A stretch of 64,000 nt of DNA, from positions 452,124 to 516,123 of the forward strand of contig JAKIWV010000001.1 in NCBI GenBank assembly GCA_022749815.1, read 5' to 3'. The translations under genes and the position numbers were made by a program. Shown one piece after another: positions 37,176 to 46,262 of the stretch. The stretch is from Thermoplasmata archaeon (lineage in GTDB: Archaea > Thermoplasmatota > Thermoplasmata > Lutacidiplasmatales > UBA184). Each line of letters opens with the position of its first letter. The first letter of the stretch is position 1. The notes beneath the pieces were generated by a model. That model made no database searches, was not told the origin of the DNA, and saw only the letters and a list, made by a program, of their open reading frames with translations.

Positions 37176-38120
37176 TCAGACCACTCCGATACCGGCGGAG
37201 ACCTGGAAGTTGGCAAGGACCAGGGTGACTTGAGCGATGTTCGAGATGACGACGCTGATGGTCTTGGCCTGCCCGCTCGTCCCGACGCAGCCGGAGGTGT
37301 CGAGCGAAGCCACCGACATCTGGCCCGACGTGACGTTGGCCACCTGGCGACTCTGAGTGAAGAAGTTCGTCCAGGCGCAGGGATAGTGGGTGGTCACGTT
37401 CAGGAAGAGGGAGGCGACCGTCGCGGTATTGTTGTTCTTGAGGGTCTGGGTGGACCCGAGGAGCTGAGAGTAGACCTCGATCGTCCCGGGCGACGTGAGG
37501 CGCGTCGCATTGCCGTACATCTGGACGAGCATCAGATTGAGGCTGAGGGCAGTACCCGTCTTCACCAGCGAAAAGATTGGTGGATAGGCGATCAACTGGT
37601 TGGTGTCGCCTTCCGTCTGGATCACGGCGCCGTCCTCCAACTGGAAGTTCTCGGGGGTGTAGTATCGATTGGGGAGCGTCAGGAGCATCGTGCCGAGGCT
37701 GCCGCCGAAGTTCTGCACATAGGGCTTTCCGGCGGACAGGAAGCCTGGGATCGAAAGGGTGACCGATGCCCCGGGGGTTCGGGGCAGGAACGCCAGCGTG
37801 CCGGTCGTCGGGACGGAGAGGAGCGGGACAGCGTCGGAGCTCATGGTGAACGGGGTCGATAGGATCGGAGGGCTTCCCGTTCCCGCCTGGAGTTGCATGT
37901 TCGACTGGAGCTGCGCCAGCGAGGCGGTGACGCCGCTGGTGAAGTTCGATTCATTGTCGGACATCCAGAGCGGGAGGTAGAAGACGAGGAACGTCCCGAA
38001 CAGGGAAAGGAAAACGAGCAAGGAGAGCAGCGTTCCGACGACGGCCACGAGCCCCCGGCGGTTCCCGCGGAGCCGTCGATATCGAGCACCTTGCCCACGG
38101 TGACGAACGGAATCCCCCAT
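37176..38120 (-). CDS. pilin-like or pilus-associated protein with class III (prepilin-type) signal-peptide-like N-terminus, heavily sequon-decorated
   Basis: The N-terminus RRLRGNRRG then LVAVVGTLLSLLVFLSLFGTFLVFYL has a basic stretch, a Gly, and a long hydrophobic helix. At least 6 NxS/T sequons. Beta-rich body. First gene of the operon. Confidence 0.5.
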   Translation of the reverse strand: MGDSVRHRGQGARYRRLRGNRRGLVAVVGTLLSLLVFLSLFGTFLVFYLPLWMSDNESNFTSGVTASLAQLQSNMQLQAGTGSPPILSTPFTMSSDAVPLLSVPTTGTLAFLPRTPGASVTLSIPGFLSAGKPYVQNFGGSLGTMLLTLPNRYYTPENFQLEDGAVIQTEGDTNQLIAYPPIFSLVKTGTALSLNLMLVQMYGNATRLTSPGTIEVYSQLLGSTQTLKNNNTATVASLFLNVTTHYPCAWTNFFTQSRQVANVTSGQMSVASLDTSGCVGTSGQAKTISVVISNIAQVTLVLANFQVSAGIGVV

Positions 38121-38277
38121 TGGCCCTGGATTGGCCCCGGCCCGACGGCCCTGAGCACCCTGAATTTACCCTTGTTCCTGTATAAATACGCGCGTCCTCG
38201 TGACACGTCGGAACGCTCTCGTTCCTGCGCCAGCGCCTTTAGCTTCGAGTTCCTTGGGAGGCGACGGGGGGTGCGAG

Positions 38278-38766
38278 ATGCCGATTCAGGAGCTCTCGCT
38301 GCGTCTCCCGAACCGGCCCGGCCAGTTGTCGGAAGTCCTGCGACGGCTCGCTCAGGAACGGATCAACATAGCCGCGGTGTCGGTGGACTCCACGCGGTCG
38401 CAGGGGCACGTACGGCTCGTCGTGAGCGATCCCGTACGTGCGCTGGAGCTGCTGCGGGACGCCCGATTCCCCGTCGAGGCCCGAGAGCTCATCACCATCG
38501 CACTCGAGGATCGGCCGGGAAGCCTTCTCCAAGCACTCGACCTCTTGGCGAAGGGCCGGGTCAACATCCTGAGCATCACCCTCCTCGTGACCCGGGAGCG
38601 CGCCCGGGTGCTGGTCGCCCTGGCGGTCAACAACTTGTCCAAGGGCCGCCGTCTCTTGATGGACGGGGGCTACCTATCGCATGAGGCCGTCCGGCGCATC
38701 ACCAACGCCGACCTCTTGGGAGTCACCCCGTCCATTCCGTTGGAATCGGTCGGAATGCTCCTGTAG
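38278..38766 (+). CDS. ACT domain-containing protein (two ACT-like repeats)
   Basis: MPIQELSLRLPNRPGQLSEVLRRLAQERINIAAVSV and ITIALEDRPGSLLQALDLLAKGRVNILSITL form tandem ACT signatures. Confidence 0.6.
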   Translation: MPIQELSLRLPNRPGQLSEVLRRLAQERINIAAVSVDSTRSQGHVRLVVSDPVRALELLRDARFPVEARELITIALEDRPGSLLQALDLLAKGRVNILSITLLVTRERARVLVALAVNNLSKGRRLLMDGGYLSHEAVRRITNADLLGVTPSIPLESVGMLL

Positions 38767-38830
38767 TCGGGCTTGCCAGGCCCGCCGCGGAAAACGTGAT
38801 AGATACGCGTTCTTCAGCGGCCGGCACCGC

Positions 38831-38902
38831 GGTTGTGGTCTAGTGGTTAGGACGGTAGCTTCCCAAGCTATCTACCCGGGTTCAAATCCCGGCAACCGCA
38901 CT
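38831..38902 (+). tRNA. tRNA-Gly (anticodon CCC), intron-less
   Basis: GCGGTTG-TG-GTCT-AGTGGTTA-GGAC-G-GTAGC-TTCCCAA-GCTAT-CTAC-CCGGG-TTCAAAT-CCCGG-CAACCGC-A. All stems pair. CCA not encoded. Confidence 0.85.
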
Positions 38903-38984
38903 CCCTCCTCGGTCCTACTCGTGGTTCGGGGGTCTCCGGACAGAAGATAAGGCTCAGCTCTGCGTCCGTAAGGGTTGACGCACG

Positions 38985-39770
38985 ATGACCGACCCAGAGC
39001 GCATCGACGGGTTCGGCGCTTGGTACGATGAGAAGCAAGGGGATTCTGGGGATCTGTGGCACCGAACGCTGATCGACCCGGGGCTCTTTGCCCGGATCGG
39101 GCCGGTCCCGCGTGGCATCCGGGTCCTCGATCTCGGTTGCGGGAACGGATACATTGCGCGTCGCTTGGCCCGGCTTGGGGCCCGGGTCGTCGGCGTCGAC
39201 ACCTCCCCCGAGCTGATCGAGCGAGCGCGGGCGTGGCAGGGAACCGAGCCACTCGACATAGTGTACCATCGAGCGGACGCGGCCCACCTCTCTTTCCTTT
39301 CCGATCAGAGCATCGATCTCGCGGTTGCCAACATGTCGCTCGTCGACATCGAGAATGCCTCGGGGACGATCCGGGAAACCGCTCGGGTCGTCGTTCCCGG
39401 GGGGCGCTTCGTGTTCTCGATTAGTCACCCATGTTTCGACGTGGACACCCGGTCGGGGTGGCTCGTGGAGGTCACCGTAGGTCCGCCGACGGTGTTTCGG
39501 AAGGTCGCCCGTTACCAGGAACCTCACTCGGACTCGTACCGCTGGGCACTCCCGGACGGACGGTCCGTAAGAACTGTGGGGTACCATCGACCCCTCGCGT
39601 GGTACGTCAAGCAACTCCGGACCGCCGGGTTCATCGTGGTCGACGCCGAGGAGCCGGGCCCTTCCATAGAGTTCGTCGGGCACCGCATGAAGCGAGAGTG
39701 GATCGAGCAGATTCCACTCCACTTGGTGATCGAGGCCCGGCGAGAACCTGCTCAAGGGACCCCGGGGTGA
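38985..39770 (+). CDS. class I SAM-dependent methyltransferase
   Basis: Motif I VLDLGCGNGYIARRLARLGARVVGVDTSPELIERAR and motif II/III IDLAVANMSLVDIEN...VVVPGGRFVFSI. Confidence 0.75.
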   Translation: MTDPERIDGFGAWYDEKQGDSGDLWHRTLIDPGLFARIGPVPRGIRVLDLGCGNGYIARRLARLGARVVGVDTSPELIERARAWQGTEPLDIVYHRADAAHLSFLSDQSIDLAVANMSLVDIENASGTIRETARVVVPGGRFVFSISHPCFDVDTRSGWLVEVTVGPPTVFRKVARYQEPHSDSYRWALPDGRSVRTVGYHRPLAWYVKQLRTAGFIVVDAEEPGPSIEFVGHRMKREWIEQIPLHLVIEARREPAQGTPG

Positions 39771-40258
39771 GCTCCCATCCGCTCGCCCCCACGCTCCGCA
39801 TCACGAGGGTAAAGTCGGCCGGGGCGATCCGTCTCGCCCGCGCCGCGAACCAGCTGTTCGACGAGCCGGCCGACCGGGCTGCCCTAACGGCCTACCTCTC
39901 CGACCGACGTAACATCTTCCTCCTCGCGTCGGTGAACACTACCCCGGTAGGGTTCCTCCGCGCTACGGCTCTGGGGCAACTCCACACCCGCCGTCCGCAG
40001 ATGTTCCTGTACGAGGTCGCAGTAGCGCGGCGCTTCCGCCGGCTCGGCGTTGGACGCGCTCTCGTCGAACGGCTGTTGGGCTACTGCCGGCAACAACGGT
40101 TCGAGGAGGTGTTCGTCTTTACCAACCCCGCCAACCGGGCTGCCGTGAGCCTCTACCGAGGCACGGGGGCCGTCACCGAGACTCCTCGGGACCGGATGTT
40201 CGTGTACCGGCTCGCAAAGCGCCCGAGGCCGGGTCGCCGCGGGGCATCGCCCCACTAG
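39767..40258 (+). CDS. GNAT family N-acetyltransferase
   Basis: GTG start overlapping the upstream stop (GTGA). Acetyl-CoA site YEVAVARRFRRLGVGRALVERLLGYCRQQRFEEVFVFTNPAN. The 275-aa track ORF is a read-through of the upstream gene in another frame. Confidence 0.65.
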   Translation: MSSHPLAPTLRITRVKSAGAIRLARAANQLFDEPADRAALTAYLSDRRNIFLLASVNTTPVGFLRATALGQLHTRRPQMFLYEVAVARRFRRLGVGRALVERLLGYCRQQRFEEVFVFTNPANRAAVSLYRGTGAVTETPRDRMFVYRLAKRPRPGRRGASPH

Positions 40259-40284
40259 GGCGCATCCGGGGAGGCCCGATCGGG

Positions 40285-40977
40285 TTACGGCTTCCCGCAG
40301 CGGCGCAGGAGGCGACGAGGGGTTTCAGTCAACACCCGCGCAAGCATTGCGTCGGGCACGCCCGCCCCTCGGGCCACGGTTCGGGCGGCCTCGAAGGTCA
40401 CCAGCTCATCGGTGGCGTGCGCGTCGGAGTCAACGATGAGATCGTTGCCGACCTCGAGCGCGGTCCGGACAACGTGGCCGTTCGCCACGATATGAAGGCG
40501 TCGGGCCGTGACCTCCAGGACCACGTCGTGGGCCTTCGCGAGCTCGGCCTCCTCCACTGTGATGAAACCGGGGTGCGCCAGTACGTCGACGTCGTTGAGT
40601 TCGACGACGACCCGGTTGGTCCCCGGGGGAACCGGGTTGGCCGGAGTCTCCCCATGAACGATGACCACCTCGGCGCCGGCGCGACGCGCAGCCCTGACGA
40701 CATCGGGGATCTTGCGCGGATGGACCATGGTGACCTCGACCCCGACCAGGGTCTGGAGGGCCTCATTCTCCCACGCCTTTGCTTCCTGCCGGAGCCGTTC
40801 CAGCAGCGGAGCGGGGTCCTCGAGGGCCACGTGGTCGGTGATGGCCAGGGCCCGATGGCCGAGAACGTCGGCTTCTCGCCACATGTCCGTGGCCGACGAG
40901 GTCCCGTCGGTTAGGAAGGTGTGGGAGTGGAAATCGAACCGGTTCCGTGCCGCCGGAGAGGGTCGGGCCGAGGGCAT
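40285..40977 (-). CDS. PHP-domain metal-dependent phosphoesterase
   Basis: FDFHSHTFLTDG (His-x-His metal site), ITDH, VVIVHGET, and DSDAH near the C-terminus. Confidence 0.65.
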   Translation of the reverse strand: MPSARPSPAARNRFDFHSHTFLTDGTSSATDMWREADVLGHRALAITDHVALEDPAPLLERLRQEAKAWENEALQTLVGVEVTMVHPRKIPDVVRAARRAGAEVVIVHGETPANPVPPGTNRVVVELNDVDVLAHPGFITVEEAELAKAHDVVLEVTARRLHIVANGHVVRTALEVGNDLIVDSDAHATDELVTFEAARTVARGAGVPDAMLARVLTETPRRLLRRCGKP

Positions 40978-41042
40978 GGTCTCCGGGGCACCCCCTGGGA
41001 GATACGAGCTTTGCCCACCGGGGCAGCGGCATCCTGGCCAAG

Positions 41043-41148
41043 TCCCGGCTGCCTGACTCGAACAGGCGACCTGAGGATGTCCATGGGGGCCGCCGGCGAC
41101 CGGCGGTCTCGACTACAGTCCCCCGCTCTACCACTGAGCTAAGCCGGG
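41043..41148 (-). tRNA. tRNA-Tyr (anticodon GUA) with a 34-nt intron after position 37
   Basis: CCCGGCT-TA-GCTC-AGTGGTA-GAGC-G-GGGGA-CTGTAG-[34-nt intron]-A-TCCTC-AGGTC-GCCTG-TTCGAGT-CAGGC-AGCCGGG-A. Confidence 0.8.
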
Positions 41149-41174
41149 TTGGAGGGGAGGACCCGCCCTCGGGG

Positions 41175-41180
41175 TATAAA
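41175..41180 (-). promoter_or_regulatory. TATA box (TTTATA on the minus strand) for tRNA-Tyr
   Basis: Centred about 28 nt upstream of the mature tRNA 5' end (41148), directly after the adk stop. Confidence 0.45.
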
Positions 41181-41191
41181 GCTCGCGCCGC

Positions 41192-41821
41192 TCAGTGCAG
41201 CGCCGCGCGCACTCTCGCATCAACTTCCTCAACGGAGCCGCCGGCGGGGACGGTCCTCACGAGGCCCTGCGTGCGGTAGAGGTCCAGCAGGGGGACCGTT
41301 GCCTCTCGGTAGACGGCCAATCGCGTGCGCACCGCTTCCTCCGAATCGTCAGTGCGTTGGATGAGCGGCGTTCCGTCGCGGTCGCAGCGGCCCGACTGGC
41401 GGGGGGGCTGGGTGACGAGATTGTACACCGTCCCGCACGTCGGGCAATTGCGTCGTTGGGACAGGCGATCGACCAGCACTGATTCCGGAATCTCGAAGTA
41501 AAGTACCTGCTCGACGGGGGTGATCTCCGCCAGGCTCTGGGCCTGGGCCACGTTTCGGGGGTACCCGTCAAGAATGAAGCCGCGGTGGGCGTCGGCCGCT
41601 GCGAGCCGCTCGCGCAGGATCCCGAGGACGAGGGCGTCGGGAACGAGTCGACCCTGGCGCATGTACCCGTCGGCCTCGCGGCCCAGAGCGGTACCGGCGG
41701 AGGCGGCCGCTCGCAGCAATTCGCCGGTGGACAGGTGTGGAATTCCGAGTTCCTTCGCGAGACGTTTGGCCTGAGTACCCTTCCCCGCCCCCGGGGGTCC
41801 CAAGAGCACGATGCGATGCAT
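41192..41821 (-). CDS. adk: adenylate kinase (long, bacterial-type with zinc-binding lid)
   Basis: MHRIVLLGPPGAGKGTQAKRLA, GFILDGYPRNVAQA, and lid with CPTCGTVYN...GRCDRDG. Trimmed from the track ORF to the Met of MHRIV. Confidence 0.9.
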   Translation of the reverse strand: MHRIVLLGPPGAGKGTQAKRLAKELGIPHLSTGELLRAAASAGTALGREADGYMRQGRLVPDALVLGILRERLAAADAHRGFILDGYPRNVAQAQSLAEITPVEQVLYFEIPESVLVDRLSQRRNCPTCGTVYNLVTQPPRQSGRCDRDGTPLIQRTDDSEEAVRTRLAVYREATVPLLDLYRTQGLVRTVPAGGSVEEVDARVRAALH

Positions 41822-41868
41822 CAGCGGCAGGGACGGGGAGGACTGTATAGCGTTGGCCGGGGCCGGGG

Positions 41869-42603
41869 TCACCGGATCTCGGTGCCGACGAAATTCTCTC
41901 CGCGGAGCGCCAGTTCCATGTTGGGTAGATCTCGACCTTGGACGATGCGCAGGGGGATCTTCGCCCGGGCGAGTGACTCGAGACCGAGTCGGTCGAACAC
42001 GAACTGCTGCCCGGCGGTCCCCGCGACCGACGTTTCAATCATCTTCCGGAAGCCCGGGTAGTCGAGTCGGTCGATGCGCCGCGCCGTCGGATCCTTTCTC
42101 GGGTCGCGTTCGAAGAGCCCTGGGACCCGCGTGGCGTTCACCAACCGCCGCGCCCGCAGTCGCTCCGCGAGAAGGCCGGCCACTCCGTCGGTGGTGTGGC
42201 CGGGTTCTGTCCCCCCGAGCACGAGGATGCGGGACCGGTGGGCCTCTCGAACCGCGTCGGCGAGCGAGGTGGGCGGGTGGGGGGGACACGGGGGCCCGAT
42301 GACCGCCGCGAGGAGCCGGGCGTTGAGCCGGCTCACGTCGATCCCGAGCTCGTCGAGTTCGGTTTCCGTGAGCCCAAGCGTCCGGCCCAAGCGGATGTAG
42401 TCGCGAGCGACGCGACCCCCGCCCGTCGTGATGACGAGAGGAAATTCCTTCGCGAGTCTCTTCAACAAACCGGCCAGGTCCGGAAGGAAGCGTTCGTCCG
42501 CGTCGCCGGTGACCAAGACCGAGCCACCAACTGACAGGACGACCGGAGAGGTGTCCGCTTCTCCGGACTCGGTCATCGGCCGACGCAGAGGCCGTTTGGT
42601 CAT
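41869..42603 (-). CDS. pyrH: uridylate (UMP) kinase, archaeal type (amino-acid kinase family)
   Basis: VVLSVGGSVL..., ITTGGG, GGTEPGHTTDGVAGLLAE (compare Pyrococcus GGTHPGHTTDAVAALLAE). Start taken at MTKRPL (complement of 42601-42603). Confidence 0.75.
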   Translation of the reverse strand: MTKRPLRRPMTESGEADTSPVVLSVGGSVLVTGDADERFLPDLAGLLKRLAKEFPLVITTGGGRVARDYIRLGRTLGLTETELDELGIDVSRLNARLLAAVIGPPCPPHPPTSLADAVREAHRSRILVLGGTEPGHTTDGVAGLLAERLRARRLVNATRVPGLFERDPRKDPTARRIDRLDYPGFRKMIETSVAGTAGQQFVFDRLGLESLARAKIPLRIVQGRDLPNMELALRGENFVGTEIR

Positions 42604-42681
42604 GGCTCTTTTGCTATGCTGTCGCACCCACGCCAGAGTTATCTCTCCAGGTTCCCCCTCGGAGGCGAAAGGTCCTCCGCG

Positions 42682-43389
42682 ATGGAGATCGACGACGAAA
42701 AGGCGCTGGCGGCTCGCGCGGCCGCCGTCCAAGTGCGGGCGGGTCAGCGGGTCGCCCTCGGCACGGGCTCGACGACCTCCTTCGCGATCCGGGTGCTAGC
42801 GGAGAACTTCCCTGGAGGGGACCACCTGTCGATCGTGGCGAGCTCGCTCGCCACGGAACGTCTCGCGACCAGCCTCGGATTGCCGGTGCGGCCGCTCGAG
42901 CCAGGCGACCACTTCGATGTGATGATCGACGGCGCCGACGAGGTGGCACCTACGCTCGCGCTCACGAAAGGGGGAGGCGGCGCCTTGTTCCGGGAGAAGT
43001 TCCTGGCTCGACTGAGCTCGGAGCTTGTGATCGCCGTGGATCACACGAAGCTCGTTCCGCGGCTCGGGACGCGGCATCCGATCCCGATCGAGATCGTTCC
43101 GTTCGCTCGGGCCAGGTTGGTTCATCAGTTGTCCGCGCGGGCGCTTTCTCCCCGACTCCGTTCAGATCGCTCCACAGCCGCCCCCACCCTGACGGACAAC
43201 GGCAATGAGATCCTGGACCTCTTTCCGGAGAACGGGGTCGAAGATCCCGCGCGCCTCGAGCATGACTTGCGGGTGATGCCCGGGGTGATCGAGACCGGAC
43301 TCTTCGTGGGGTTGGCCCACCGGGTCTACGTGGGCCTTCCCGACGGGACGGTCCAGGAGATCCTCCGTGGCGACGCCTCCTCCTCCTGA
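42682..43389 (+). CDS. rpiA: ribose-5-phosphate isomerase A
   Basis: VALGTGSTTSF, MIDGADEV, LTKGGGGALFREK, AVDHTKLV. Confidence 0.85.
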   Translation: MEIDDEKALAARAAAVQVRAGQRVALGTGSTTSFAIRVLAENFPGGDHLSIVASSLATERLATSLGLPVRPLEPGDHFDVMIDGADEVAPTLALTKGGGGALFREKFLARLSSELVIAVDHTKLVPRLGTRHPIPIEIVPFARARLVHQLSARALSPRLRSDRSTAAPTLTDNGNEILDLFPENGVEDPARLEHDLRVMPGVIETGLFVGLAHRVYVGLPDGTVQEILRGDASSS

Positions 43390-43476
43390 ACTCCCGGCCG
43401 CCCCGCTTCAGGGGTTCGTAACGGGAATCGGTTTATCCCGGGCCCGGATGCGCGGTCCGGGACGGCGAAGAGTTCG

Positions 43477-44259
43477 ATGGACGGCAAGTACATTCACACG
43501 CGCGTGAGCGACGGCGTCGGCTACGTCGAGATCGAGAAACCAAAGGCGAACACGTACGACCTCGACATGATGCGCGAGATCGACGACGCGCTCGAGGAGA
43601 TGCGGTTCAACCACGAAGCGCGCGTCATCGTCCTCTCGAGTCGCCTCGAGGGATTCTTCAGCGCCGGGGCGGACATCGAGATGCTCAAGCGGAGCACCCC
43701 CGAATACAAGGCCATGTTTTGTCTCCATTGTCAGGAGACCCTCAACAAGTTCGCGTCGACCCCGAAGGTCGTTATCGCGGCAATCAACGGTCACTGCGTG
43801 GGAGGCGGGCTCGAGATCGCGCTCGCCTGCGACTTGCGCATGATGGCGGAGGGCGGCGGCAAGATCGGGCTTCCCGAGGTCACCCTCGGGGTCCTCCCCG
43901 GTACTGGGGGAACCCAGCGGCTCCCTCGACTCGTGGGTACCTCCCGAGCGCTCGACATGATGATCACCGGGCGCCTCATGACGCCGGCCGAGGCGCTGCA
44001 GATCGGACTCGTGAACTACGTGTTCCCGAAGGTCAGCTTCGCGGAGGACGTGCACCGCTACGCGAAGAGTCTCGCCCAGGGCCCGGCCCGTGCCGTGAGC
44101 CTGATCAAGCGATCGGTGGTCGAAGGGATCGAAGAGCCTCTCCTTTCCGGACTCGCGCTCGAGCGGGAGCTCCAGAACCAGCTCTTCGTCACCGAGGACG
44201 CGAAGGAAGGCATCACCGCCTTCATCGAAAAGCGCAAGCCGAGCTTTAAGGGCCACTGA
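43477..44259 (+). CDS. enoyl-CoA hydratase/isomerase (crotonase) family protein
   Basis: VIVLSS....FFSAGADI, AAINGHCVGGGLEIALACDLRMMAE, GLPEVTLGVLPGTGGTQRLPRLVG. Confidence 0.85.
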   Translation: MDGKYIHTRVSDGVGYVEIEKPKANTYDLDMMREIDDALEEMRFNHEARVIVLSSRLEGFFSAGADIEMLKRSTPEYKAMFCLHCQETLNKFASTPKVVIAAINGHCVGGGLEIALACDLRMMAEGGGKIGLPEVTLGVLPGTGGTQRLPRLVGTSRALDMMITGRLMTPAEALQIGLVNYVFPKVSFAEDVHRYAKSLAQGPARAVSLIKRSVVEGIEEPLLSGLALERELQNQLFVTEDAKEGITAFIEKRKPSFKGH

Positions 44260-44285
44260 ATCGTACCAACGATGCGAGTGAGATC

Positions 44286-45137
44286 ATGACGAACCTCCCG
44301 GGGCCCGGGCCGACGGCGCCGGCGTCTTCCGGTCATGCGCCCGCGAGCAAGACACTTCGGGACGGAGGGACGATTCAACCCGTTCGTGAGATCCTTTGGG
44401 GGCCCTCAACGGGGGTCCGGAAGTACGAGACTTCGGACGAGCTTCCATCGGATCTCCGGAAGCTCATCGTCAAATTGATGGTGGTCCAGGCCGACACCGA
44501 ATTCGCCTCCATCCAGCAACACCGGCCGTGGCTCGACCACGCCCCGACGCTCGAGGACCGGTGGATCGAAGCCCGCATCATCGCCGACGAGGCCCGTCAC
44601 GGACTCCAGGCCTGTCGGATCCTGAGGGATTTCGGGGAGGAGGGGCAGATGTGGATCGACGAGCTGCTCGCCAAGAAGGAGGGAGAGCACAAGCTCGATG
44701 CTTTCAACATGAAGTTCGACGCGTGGGCCGACGTGGGTGCCTTCACGTGCCTCGTGGACCGGGTCGGCGTCTATCAGCTTCGGGCCTTCCAGGAGTGCTC
44801 CTACGGCCCGCTGGCCCGGGCGATGCCGTTGATGCTCTCGGAGGAGCAGCTCCATCTCAATTTCGGCGCCAACGTGCTCCGTCGGATGGTCCGAGAAGGG
44901 TCGAAGTATGCCGGGACTCCGGAGGAGGCTCAGACGGCGGTACGCCGGTGGTACCCCCGGGCCCTCGACATGTTCGGCCACTCCAAGTCCGAGACCAGCC
45001 GGAAGGCGATCGAGTACGGTCTCAAACGCTGGACCAACGAAGAGGCAAGGGAGCGGTTCGTCTCGGAGACCAATCCCATCCTCCAAGGGATGGGTCTCGA
45101 GGTTCCGTCGGCGGACTTCGACCGACGGATTCCCTAG
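44286..45137 (+). CDS. ferritin-like di-iron protein, PaaA/PaaC (phenylacetyl-CoA oxygenase subunit) family-like
   Basis: 283 aa, all-alpha, with an EARH carboxylate-bridge-like motif (IADEARHGLQ) and a second E...H region. The family call is tentative. Confidence 0.4.
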   Translation: MTNLPGPGPTAPASSGHAPASKTLRDGGTIQPVREILWGPSTGVRKYETSDELPSDLRKLIVKLMVVQADTEFASIQQHRPWLDHAPTLEDRWIEARIIADEARHGLQACRILRDFGEEGQMWIDELLAKKEGEHKLDAFNMKFDAWADVGAFTCLVDRVGVYQLRAFQECSYGPLARAMPLMLSEEQLHLNFGANVLRRMVREGSKYAGTPEEAQTAVRRWYPRALDMFGHSKSETSRKAIEYGLKRWTNEEARERFVSETNPILQGMGLEVPSADFDRRIP

Positions 45138-46165
45138 GCCGAACGGCTCCGGACTCCGATCACTCGCGCCGCCGGTCCCGGTGACAGGACACGGGTGGCT
45201 GAGACCCCAGGGATCCGTCGCAGCCGGCTTCGCACCCTGGGGACGTACTTCTGGAAGGTGAACACGTGGACGTGGGCGCCGGCGTCGTGGGTGTACCCCG
45301 CGACCGGGTGGCCGGCCCTGCGGTTAAGGTCGAGCACCGCAGCGAGCACGGCCCGCGAGCTGGGGGTCAGGTAGTCGAGTGAGGGAACCGTCGTCTCGCA
45401 CACACGTCGGAAGTCGTCGCACTCCTCCATGATCAACGCCAGGAATCGGTCGGCCGAGCGCGTCCGCAACGCGGTTCGGAGCGCTGCCAGCCGTCCCGCT
45501 ACGGTGCGCTGCCGCTCCGAATACGCGGGAGAGGTGCGGACGGTTTCCTGCATCGCCCGGGCCGACCGGACCCGCTTCTCCGGAGCGTCAGCGATCAGGA
45601 CCACGATATCGCGCAATTCGGGCCAGTGGTCGGCTCGGAATAGCGGGCGGGCGAAACAGTCCCGGCCGTCCGGCCGCCGGCCGGCCTGCCACTCGACGAA
45701 GCCCCCGAAGATGGACCGGCTCGCGCTGCCGGACCCGCGGCGCGCGAGTCGGGACATCTCGCGAGGGGACCAACGAAGCCCCGCCGCAAGGCTGGCCGCG
45801 CCGGCCAAAGCGGCGAAGCCGCTCGCCGAACTCGCGAGTCCGCTCGCCGTCGGGAAGTTGTTGTGCGAACGGATCTCCGCGAACATGCTCACCCCGGCCT
45901 CCTCCCGGACGACGTCGAGAAAGTCGACGGCGCCCTGGAGGGGTCCCCCGCCCGCCGGCCGGCCGTTCAGCGAGAACCGGTCGGACCGAAGGGAGGGGTC
46001 GAAACGGACCCACGTCCTCGTCCGGAGTCGGCTCACGGTCATCGACAAGGACGAGTTACGGGGAAGGACGAGCCGGTCGTCCCGCATCCCCCAGTACTTC
46101 ACGAGAGCGATGTTGGGGGCCGCTTCGTAGCCCGCGAACCTCGCCGGGGGGAAAGGCTGTGACAC
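45134..46165 (-). CDS. diphosphomevalonate decarboxylase family protein (GHMP kinase fold; the MVD / mevalonate-3-kinase / mevalonate-bisphosphate decarboxylase paralogue group)
   Basis: N-terminal hallmark NIALVKYWGMRDDRLVLPRNSSLSMTVS, GHMP motif ASGLASSASGFAAL, and C-terminal YTHDAGAHVHVF. Confidence 0.75.
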   Translation of the reverse strand: MSQPFPPARFAGYEAAPNIALVKYWGMRDDRLVLPRNSSLSMTVSRLRTRTWVRFDPSLRSDRFSLNGRPAGGGPLQGAVDFLDVVREEAGVSMFAEIRSHNNFPTASGLASSASGFAALAGAASLAAGLRWSPREMSRLARRGSGSASRSIFGGFVEWQAGRRPDGRDCFARPLFRADHWPELRDIVVLIADAPEKRVRSARAMQETVRTSPAYSERQRTVAGRLAALRTALRTRSADRFLALIMEECDDFRRVCETTVPSLDYLTPSSRAVLAAVLDLNRRAGHPVAGYTHDAGAHVHVFTFQKYVPRVRSRLRRIPGVSATRVLSPGPAARVIGVRSRSA

Positions 46166-46262
46166 GTAGGACCCGGTTCACGGGTATCTCCCGACTACAT
46201 AGGGGCGCCGACGGCCGCCTGAACCAACGGCTCTTTATTCCGGTCCATCGAATGTTACGAGC

